DNA from: Alphaproteobacteria bacterium
GTDB taxonomy: Bacteria > Pseudomonadota > Alphaproteobacteria > Rs-D84
Direction of reading: 5' to 3'
Assembly: GCA_031555055.1 (NCBI GenBank)
Contig: JAVBUT010000004.1
Span: forward strand, 13,741-77,740
Length of the DNA stretch: 64,000 bases
Shown here: in pieces, positions 44,364 to 51,291 of the stretch
Layout: each line of letters begins with the position of its first letter
Position numbering within the stretch: position 1 is the first letter of the stretch
Position numbers and translations under genes: made by a program
The notes under the pieces: model-generated
Told to the model about the DNA's origin: nothing
Seen by the model: the letters and a program-made list of their open reading frames with translations, nothing else
The model's database searches: none

Positions 44364-45470
44364 ATGACAGTCAAATCAAAATACGTTCCAGAAATAAAAT
44401 TCTATCAATCCCCAGATGCGGGAGTATTTTTTATATTACGAGAACTTTGTCATAGAAATATCGGCGCTTTTCATTTAACAAGCGTTCCTATTCAAATGAT
44501 TCAAAAATTTCCACATAAAATTATTGCATCATATTTTAAAGACACTATGCGCCGCTGCAATTATATGAAACTGGATCAAGTCTATTCATTAATGAATATC
44601 TGGAAAGATCCTGTATTTTTTAATGAAATGTATGCACAAAGTGTGGATACTGGTGTCTCATTACAAAATTCAAACTTGGACAAAGAAACAAAACAATCAT
44701 TTGATAAATTAAGCAAGCTTTATAAACGCGATTTATGGGTTCCAAATTTAAAGACAACGCAAAAGCTTGCCTCTGTCCTGGATACAGAAATAAATAGCAA
44801 TGACAGATTCTTTTCAAAGATGTCAGAGTTTTATGATTATAATATCAATAATCTATCTAGTATGGGCATTGCAGTAATTCCAGCAAACAACAGTGTTACC
44901 GGCGGATCAATAGCCACCCATACAATTGATCCCAAGACCAAAAATTCAAAGATGATTTTAACTTATAATTATGATGCTGACATCATTATTAATAAATTAT
45001 TCAGCACGATAGTTCACGAAATAGGACATCATTATTATGCCAAACTTGGTGACTTTGATATAATAAATTTAAAGCCTGGAGAAAAAGAGCTTTGCGAGAT
45101 TATTAAAGACCCTAATTATGCCTACTTGTATATAAACGAAGCGTTTTCGGTCGCATGGCAAAATATGTTCCATAATTATTTATGCGCGGTAGATAAAATA
45201 AAAGAAAAAACTAACTATTTACATTCGTATGGCATAGGAAAAATGGATCATAATAACCCTGCAATGAGTATGGTGGCTCCTATGATGTTTAATGGCAGCA
45301 TTATCACATATCTTTCCGAATACATCTTTTATGATATGATGAATTCATATCAAAAGAATAAGAAACCAAATCGTGATACATGCGCTGTAAATGCCGTAGA
45401 AAAATTATATAAACAAATTCCAAATATAGCTGAACAATTTGCAAATACATTTGCAAGAGATTCTAAATAA
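44364..45470 (+). CDS. Hypothetical protein with HExxH (HEIGHH) zinc-metalloprotease-like motif, AT-rich
   Basis: 368-aa ORF containing TIVHEIGHHYY. TTGACA-16-TAAAAT lies about 30 nt upstream. Composition is clearly AT-richer than the core genes. Confidence 0.55.
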   Translation: MTVKSKYVPEIKFYQSPDAGVFFILRELCHRNIGAFHLTSVPIQMIQKFPHKIIASYFKDTMRRCNYMKLDQVYSLMNIWKDPVFFNEMYAQSVDTGVSLQNSNLDKETKQSFDKLSKLYKRDLWVPNLKTTQKLASVLDTEINSNDRFFSKMSEFYDYNINNLSSMGIAVIPANNSVTGGSIATHTIDPKTKNSKMILTYNYDADIIINKLFSTIVHEIGHHYYAKLGDFDIINLKPGEKELCEIIKDPNYAYLYINEAFSVAWQNMFHNYLCAVDKIKEKTNYLHSYGIGKMDHNNPAMSMVAPMMFNGSIITYLSEYIFYDMMNSYQKNKKPNRDTCAVNAVEKLYKQIPNIAEQFANTFARDSK

Positions 45471-45638
45471 GATTATTAAATCTTAGCATATAATCGTATT
45501 CATTTTTTATCCGGAAAAATCATACACAGATTCTCGGCAATGGCGCAGATTTCTGGTAAAAAGTTTCTAACAAAATCGCTCTGGGTTGCCAAAAATTAAA
45601 CCGACCATTTGGTCGGTTTTTTGTTTGATTTGGAATTT

Positions 45639-45890
45639 TTAATAACAATCGCATGATTCCAGCCAGGCGCGATTGGCTGCGGCTTCATCATTTTCTGGCG
45701 CCGGTGCATCGCGTCTGGGTGTGGCACGATCGGTGGCTTTCTTTTCAGTATCAGAATCATCGGTGACAACGACGACTGTTTCAGTGACTTCGACCATCTC
45801 GGTTTTTGTGGTTTTTTGTTCTGGTTTGTTTCTGTCACATGCACTGATGACCAAGACAGCGACGGCCAATACGATAATTTGGATTTTCAT
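45639..45890 (-). CDS. Small lipoprotein (83 aa)
   Basis: MKIQIIVLAVAVLVISACDRN is a signal peptide with a lipobox. A terminator lies downstream at 45598..45623. Confidence 0.65.
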   Translation of the reverse strand: MKIQIIVLAVAVLVISACDRNKPEQKTTKTEMVEVTETVVVVTDDSDTEKKATDRATPRRDAPAPENDEAAANRAWLESCDCY

Positions 45891-45970
45891 GATCTCTCTC
45901 CCTTTTTTTTACTATGATTATATCGGATTCTATAAGGGCAGGGTATGGGAAGGTATTCCAGATTATGAAT

Positions 45971-45997
45971 GTAGGGGCAGATATCATCTGCCCCTAC
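45971..45997. repeat. Perfect 12-bp palindromic hairpin of the GTAGGGGC...GCCCCTAC family
   Basis: gtaggggcagat-atc-atctgcccctac, about 40 nt downstream of the restriction endonuclease gene stop. Confidence 0.85.
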
Positions 45998-46036
45998 ATT
46001 GTTTATTGGATAAAAAATAGTTAGAATTGAAATTAT

Positions 46037-46648
46037 CTATTGAGATATCCCGATAATAACCAAAGGGACCGCCGGTGTATTTCTTCCCTGTCTTATAACG
46101 TTATATACTTCGCCTTCGTAATAAGCAACACCGGACGACATATTTTGAGAAAGCTCTTTCATCGGTAAGATTTCAATTCCTACGTCAATTTTATTTCCAA
46201 TATAAAAAGCCATATGTTTTACAAAAAGGTCATATGCCACGAAAGAATACTTTCCAAACTGAACTTCTATAGCAACTCGCTCTTTAACAAAATCTGTTTG
46301 ATTATACGTAAATAGTGCGGTTTTTCCAGCGGCTTCGATAATTTCTTTCTGTTGTTTTGCATCTAATGTAAGAGTTTCTCGGGCTAGTTTTACATCAGCA
46401 GTTACATAATACTGGGTTCTGGATTCCTCCCACCCTTTTTCTTCCAATTGTTTTTTGAACTCATTATTCATATCAATAGGACTAAATAATATTTTTCCTG
46501 CTTTTGTTTTCTCTTTTGAAATTTTTGTTTTGCATTTTTCAGCATCGATATTTTCAATAATTGCTGTAATTTCTTTCCAAATATGAGGCAAATGTACTTG
46601 TATGTACTCCATTCCATTTAAATGCGAATATATTTCTTTTATTTTCAT
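46037..46648 (-). CDS. Type II restriction endonuclease, BglII/BstYI-like
   Basis: ERVAIEVQFGKYSFVAYDLFVKHMAF and ILPMKELSQNMSSGVAYYEG resemble BglII ...TLVEVQFSNYPFLLNN... and ...ITKGHMFPASNSSLYYEQ as I recall them. The N-terminal IWKEITAIIENI and KILFSPIDMNNEFKKQLEEKGW resemble BglII LWKEIEETLLKM and SLIFDPVGTNQYIKDELVPKHW. The preferred start MKIKEIY gives a TAATG overlap with the methylase stop; an alternative start is at 46675. Confidence 0.7.
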   Translation of the reverse strand: MKIKEIYSHLNGMEYIQVHLPHIWKEITAIIENIDAEKCKTKISKEKTKAGKILFSPIDMNNEFKKQLEEKGWEESRTQYYVTADVKLARETLTLDAKQQKEIIEAAGKTALFTYNQTDFVKERVAIEVQFGKYSFVAYDLFVKHMAFYIGNKIDVGIEILPMKELSQNMSSGVAYYEGEVYNVIRQGRNTPAVPLVIIGISQ

Positions 46649-47580
46649 TAAGCTGTCCTTTTTTCTTTTATCCATTCAATGGGAAACTTGGCTGCGGTTT
46701 CATTTTTTGGGGTATGTATTGGTGTTCCGATTTTCCTTGTTTTTAGCTTTCCGTCAAGTTCTGCTTTAATTCTTTCTTTGCCTATATTGATATATTCCTG
46801 TATTTTATCCACGCCAAATGCTTTTCTATTATGGCGGACAGCGGCAATTAATGATGAAGCAACGCCGGCATATGGATCATATACAATATCATTTTCATTT
46901 GTTAAGGCGAGAACACAGCGCTCAACCAATTCGACGGGAAATTGACAGGGGTGAGGTGTTTTTTCTGGATGATTTGATTTTACATTTGGAATTTCCCAAC
47001 ATTCAGAAGCCCATTCGTTCGACATAAATTCCCAAAAATCAGATGGATTTTTGCCATTTGGATTACCAGACAATTGTCCCTTTTTGTGTCCCTTGTAATG
47101 TTTTTTTCCAGGATACTTTGATGGGATTCTAACGCTATCTAAATTAAATGTATAATTATCTGATTTTGTGAACCATAATATGGTTTCGTACCTTCCGGAG
47201 AATCGCTTGCTGGCATGGAGCCCATGGCCAAAGTGCCAGATCATTCTGTTCCTTAGCTTCATCCCTAGGTCCTTGAATATTTCATAATAATAAATATCCA
47301 ATGGAAACACTTCTCCTTTATCAATATAATTTCCCACTTGCCAACAAATACTTCCCGTGGGGGACAATACCCGAATTAGCTCTTTTATAAGCTTTTCTTG
47401 CGTTTTTAGATATTCTTGAATTGAAACTCGCGTTTCATAAGATTTCCCGATATTATATGGAGGTGATGTGATAATTAGTTCAACAGAGTTGGACGGTAGC
47501 TTTTTTGTAAACTCCAAAGAGTCGTTTTTTTCTAAAACGATAATAGAAGAAGGTTTGTATTTATTATCAACGGATTTCAT
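46648..47580 (-). CDS. DNA methyltransferase, beta class (N4-cytosine or N6-adenine), SPPY motif
   Basis: Catalytic motif IV IITSPPYNIGKSY precedes the AdoMet motif I IVYDPYAGVASSLIAA (beta-class order). 310 aa. Confidence 0.88.
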   Translation of the reverse strand: MKSVDNKYKPSSIIVLEKNDSLEFTKKLPSNSVELIITSPPYNIGKSYETRVSIQEYLKTQEKLIKELIRVLSPTGSICWQVGNYIDKGEVFPLDIYYYEIFKDLGMKLRNRMIWHFGHGLHASKRFSGRYETILWFTKSDNYTFNLDSVRIPSKYPGKKHYKGHKKGQLSGNPNGKNPSDFWEFMSNEWASECWEIPNVKSNHPEKTPHPCQFPVELVERCVLALTNENDIVYDPYAGVASSLIAAVRHNRKAFGVDKIQEYINIGKERIKAELDGKLKTRKIGTPIHTPKNETAAKFPIEWIKEKRTA

Positions 47581-47770
47581 TTAATCTCTCTGCTTTTTGC
47601 GCATTATAAGCTTTATCTTTGCAAAAATAAAGAGCTAAGTAAGGTCTAAATTTTATATCTTTTGTCGCTTCGTCCGGGGTGACAAAACAGAACCTGTGCG
47701 GGTTCGTCGTCCCGAATATATGCTCGTTCAGAAATAAAAAAATGACCCTGGCGGATCATTTTCTTATTTC

Positions 47771-47847
47771 TGGCGGGATTGACGGGACTCGAACCCGCGG
47801 CCTTCTGCGTGACAGGCAGACGCTCTAACCAGCTGAGCTACAACCCC
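47771..47847 (-). tRNA. tRNA-Asp (anticodon GUC)
   Basis: Minus strand: GGGGTTGTAGCTCAGCTGGTTAGAGC..., anticodon arm TCTGC-CTGTCAC-GCAGA, T loop TTCGAGT, encoded CCA. Confidence 0.93.
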
Positions 47848-47868
47848 AGAACTGTTACCAGCCCGCCA

Positions 47869-47897
47869 ATTCTATACTGTGTCGTTTGTAAAATCAA
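47869..47897 (-). promoter_or_regulatory. Sigma70-type promoter of tRNA-Asp
   Basis: Minus strand: TTGATT, 17-nt spacer, TAGAAT, about 21 nt upstream of the tRNA 5' end. Confidence 0.65.
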
Positions 47898-48117
47898 GCG
47901 GTTTTTTGGGTATGGTGTTGTTTTTTATTTTACCCTTTCGCGCCCCTGGGGCAAAGGGGAATTGATGACGTTAGTAGGGGCGCATATTTGCGCCCTGGGC
48001 TTATGCACAATACGCCCATACAATTTTGCCCCCCCACCGCAAACGTGGTGAGGTGCGATGGAGCGAAGTTGTAATAATTTCATAGATTTTTAAAAGATAA
48101 TGGATTATAATCGGTGG

Positions 48118-48310
48118 GCATCAGGTGACGCTTGATGTGGAGTTTCAAATCTCCGTATGACGTTGCTTAAAGTCAAGAGCATAAAAATGCGCACTCGATA
48201 GTGTTTATACACGGTCGGGTGGTGCAAAATAAGGCTTCGGCTGAATATGCACACTATTCGTCGTAATAGATTTGAACACCCGACCGCCCTTCGTCACGGC
48301 GGTATTTTTT
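48118..48310 (+). ncRNA. Candidate structured RNA or attenuator leader upstream of the HTH gene
   Basis: TAGATT-17-TATAAT (the -10 at 48106..48111). Local hairpin ggagtttcaaatctcc. Long-range pairing ggtcgggtg (48213..21) with cacccgacc (48277..85), abutting the terminator accgcc-cttcgtca-cggcggt plus T7 (48283..48310). Confidence 0.3.
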
Positions 48311-48331
48311 ATAACCAAAAAGGAGAGAAAA

Positions 48332-48559
48332 ATGTGCGAAAAGGAAGCAGGCGACAGGTATGTCGGTCAAAAATTTAAGGAGGCACGGCGTGCGCTTAAC
48401 GTGTCGCGATACGATTTGGCCAGAAAGTTGGGAATAAATAAAAAAGATATATTAAGATATGAAATCGGAACGCTGAAGATTCCCGAAGATATATTGGTTG
48501 ATTTGTTTTGTGGTGGGATTTTTGCTGAAATGAATGGGAAACGAATCTATAAACGATAG
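48332..48559 (+). CDS. XRE-family helix-turn-helix protein (75 aa)
   Basis: Start MCEKE after AAAGGAGAGAAAAATG. VGQKFKEARRALNVSRYDLARKLGINKKDILRYEIG is a classic XRE HTH. The REP-like hairpin at 48578..48599 serves as a shared terminator with gap. Confidence 0.75.
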   Translation: MCEKEAGDRYVGQKFKEARRALNVSRYDLARKLGINKKDILRYEIGTLKIPEDILVDLFCGGIFAEMNGKRIYKR

Positions 48560-48599
48560 TTTTTTGAGTTAAAAAAAGGGCGCATATTTGCGCCCCTAT

Positions 48600-49598
48600 C
48601 TATATCAATTTTCCGATTGCGGCCGCGGTGTCGCACATGCGGTTCGAAAATCCCCATTCGTTGTCGTACCATGCCGTGATGTGCGCCAATTTTCCGCCAA
48701 TCACCTTGGTCTGGGTGCCGTCAAAGATAGAGCTGCGCGGGTCGTGCGTAAAGTCAATCGAAACCAATGGCTTTTGGTTATAGCCAAAAGTTTTTGATTC
48801 CGCCGCACGCATCGCCGCATTGATGTCCGCCAGCGTTGTTTCTTTTTCCAAATTCACAACCAGTTCGACAACCGATACGTCCGGGGTCGGAACGCGCATG
48901 GCCATGCCGTCCAGCTTGCCCGCCAGTTTCGGCAGAACCAAGCCGATCGCCTTGGCGGCGCCGGTGGATGTCGGGATCATGGACATGGCCGCGGCGCGGG
49001 CGCGGCGTGGGTCCTTGTGATTTTTATCCAGTAAAACCTGGTCGCCGGTATATGCGTGGATCGTTGTCATCCAACCGCTTAGCACGCCGAACTTTTCATC
49101 CAGTACCGACAAAACCGGCGCCAAACAATTTGTCGTGCACGACGCGTTAGAGATGATTTTGTCGTCGGCGGTCAATGTGCCTTCGTTAACGCCGAACACG
49201 ATCGTCTTGTCGGCGCCGGCGGACGGTGCGGAAACCAATACGCGTTTTGCACCACAGTCCAAGTGTACCTTGGCCTTGTCTGCATCGGCGAAAACGCCAG
49301 TGCATTCCATTACGATGTCAATGCCCAGTTCGCCCCAAGGCAACTTTGTCGGGTCTTTTTCAGAAACGCATTTGATTTTTTGGTTGCCGACGATGATGTA
49401 TTCGCCGTCCAGCTTGACATCCATTGGCAATTTTCCGTGAACGGAATCATATTCCAACAGGTACGCGTTCTGTTCGGCCGGGGCCAGATCGTTCACCGCA
49501 ACGAATTCGATATCGTCGCGTCCTGATTCCAATGCGGCACGCAAAACCAAGCGTCCGATACGTCCAAAACCGTTTATTGCTACTTTTACTTTTGACAT
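48600..49598 (-). CDS. gap: Glyceraldehyde-3-phosphate dehydrogenase
   Basis: INGFGRIGR, SNASCTTNCLAP (active-site Cys) and WYDNEWGFSNR are present. Confidence 0.95.
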   Translation of the reverse strand: MSKVKVAINGFGRIGRLVLRAALESGRDDIEFVAVNDLAPAEQNAYLLEYDSVHGKLPMDVKLDGEYIIVGNQKIKCVSEKDPTKLPWGELGIDIVMECTGVFADADKAKVHLDCGAKRVLVSAPSAGADKTIVFGVNEGTLTADDKIISNASCTTNCLAPVLSVLDEKFGVLSGWMTTIHAYTGDQVLLDKNHKDPRRARAAAMSMIPTSTGAAKAIGLVLPKLAGKLDGMAMRVPTPDVSVVELVVNLEKETTLADINAAMRAAESKTFGYNQKPLVSIDFTHDPRSSIFDGTQTKVIGGKLAHITAWYDNEWGFSNRMCDTAAAIGKLI

Positions 49599-49691
49599 TT
49601 ATATCCTTCCTTTGTTTTCAGTTATGACATCTTAACACCATAAGATTATAAAATAAATGGATTTTTTTGGATAAGGGTTTATAATCCGGCC

Positions 49692-50561
49692 ATGTCAAAA
49701 AACAGTTACATTATCGCCGGCCCGACCGCGTCAGGAAAATCGGATTTCGCGCATGCGTTGGCAAAACGTATCAGCGGTGTCGTGATAAATGCCGACAGTG
49801 TTCAGATTTATCGCGGAATAGAGAATATCAGCGCCAGCCCGATGGCGGGCAATAGCCAAGAAATTGATGGTGTTCCGTACAGATTATTTTCGATACTGCC
49901 GCTGGGCGAGCAGATTAGTGTTGCGGATTATCTGGAAATGGCACGTCGCGAATATGACGATGCGATTGCCAAGGGCCAGGTGCCTATATTCGTTGGCGGC
50001 AGTGGATTTTACATAAATGCGCTGGTTAACGGAATTTCACCAATGCCAGAAGTAAGCCCAGCCAATCGTCGCCGTGCGCGCGAAATGATAAAAAATGGCG
50101 CGACGTTGCCGGACGGTTTTATCATGCAGGACCCCCAGCGTTCCGCACGCAGTTTGGAAGTGTTTTTGGAAACTGGGCGACCGTTGTCCGAATGGCAGAA
50201 ACAGCCCCGGCGTGGCGCCATTGTGCCGACGCCGTTCAAGATACTGATAAATCCGTCGCGTGATGAATTGCGTGATCGTATCGCGACACGTGTCCCCCAG
50301 ATGATATCGGCCGGTGCGCTGGACGAAGCGCGTGCGGTAATCGCAGCCGGATGGGATGAAAAGCGCGCAATCGGCGCATCGGAACTGTGCAAAGTGATGC
50401 GCGGTGAAGAAAATATGGACACCGCGATTGCGAACTGGGTCACGCGTACAAACCAGTATGCAAAGCGCCAGCAGACCTGGTTCCGCGGACAATACGCAGC
50501 CGATCTGGAAATAAAAAACGTCCCGACGGACCAGGACGTTGATTTGGTGATTTCCGCGTAA
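49692..50561 (+). CDS. miaA: tRNA dimethylallyltransferase
   Basis: P-loop IIAGPTASGKS, DSVQIYRG, and the C-terminal RTNQYAKRQQTWFR typical of MiaA. Confidence 0.9.
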   Translation: MSKNSYIIAGPTASGKSDFAHALAKRISGVVINADSVQIYRGIENISASPMAGNSQEIDGVPYRLFSILPLGEQISVADYLEMARREYDDAIAKGQVPIFVGGSGFYINALVNGISPMPEVSPANRRRAREMIKNGATLPDGFIMQDPQRSARSLEVFLETGRPLSEWQKQPRRGAIVPTPFKILINPSRDELRDRIATRVPQMISAGALDEARAVIAAGWDEKRAIGASELCKVMRGEENMDTAIANWVTRTNQYAKRQQTWFRGQYAADLEIKNVPTDQDVDLVISA

Positions 50562-50563
50562 AT

Positions 50564-51175
50564 TTACTTTTGCCAGTGTGATTTGTAAAATTGGTTCAGG
50601 CGTGGATTATGTGGCTGTTTTGCAACATATTCCGCCATTTTGTTTTCTTCGTGCTTTACATCACCCAGAATTTCGTGCATTACCTTATCAGTGGTCATTC
50701 TTATCGTGGTAAAGCGTACAAAATAATCGGACAAATACTTTGCGACGTCGCCGGCAAACAATTCCAGAAAAATCTTGTTCCCGTGATTGTATGCAAAGTG
50801 CTTGTTCAATGCGCCTGATATTTCAGGTGGTAGTTGAAATCCAAAACGTGATGGCAATGGATCAAAAGATATGACATCCAATAATCTGATCAACTTGTAT
50901 GTTTCATCGATTATGAAGTTTGTTGTTCTGATTGATGGTTCTATGCGATGGCGCCAGTCGCCGTTGACACGGTTGATTTCCTGTTTGTCTGATAACAGGT
51001 TTAGTTCGACCAGTTTTTCCATATATGGAATATAAACATGATCAAGCAGAGCCGATATGATATCAATCTCTGGCGTGCCATATTTCTGTACGCCAAATTC
51101 CGGAGATGTGGTCGATGAACCGCAAAATTCGGCGTTGCTGATAATTCTTTGACGTTTTGGTTTTGGCGTCTTCAT
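50564..51175 (-). CDS. Hypothetical protein (203 aa)
   Basis: ORF with an AT-richer composition. No motif recognised. Confidence 0.5.
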   Translation of the reverse strand: MKTPKPKRQRIISNAEFCGSSTTSPEFGVQKYGTPEIDIISALLDHVYIPYMEKLVELNLLSDKQEINRVNGDWRHRIEPSIRTTNFIIDETYKLIRLLDVISFDPLPSRFGFQLPPEISGALNKHFAYNHGNKIFLELFAGDVAKYLSDYFVRFTTIRMTTDKVMHEILGDVKHEENKMAEYVAKQPHNPRLNQFYKSHWQK

Positions 51176-51291
51176 ATTTATCCCTCTTTTATTAATCTAT
51201 GTGTAAATATAGGCCAATATTTATATTTGTCAATATATTTTTTAACTTTTTATATATTTACAGTCTGCGAAAAAACGTTAATAATAACGGC

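Noticed and set aside
48332-48559. The XRE HTH gene as the controller (C) protein of the BglII-like R-M system.
   Set aside because: It is on the opposite strand and about 750 bp away. It is separated from the methylase by tRNA-Asp and a repeat cluster. I saw no C-box-like inverted repeat in front of the R or M genes. It is kept as a generic HTH regulator.
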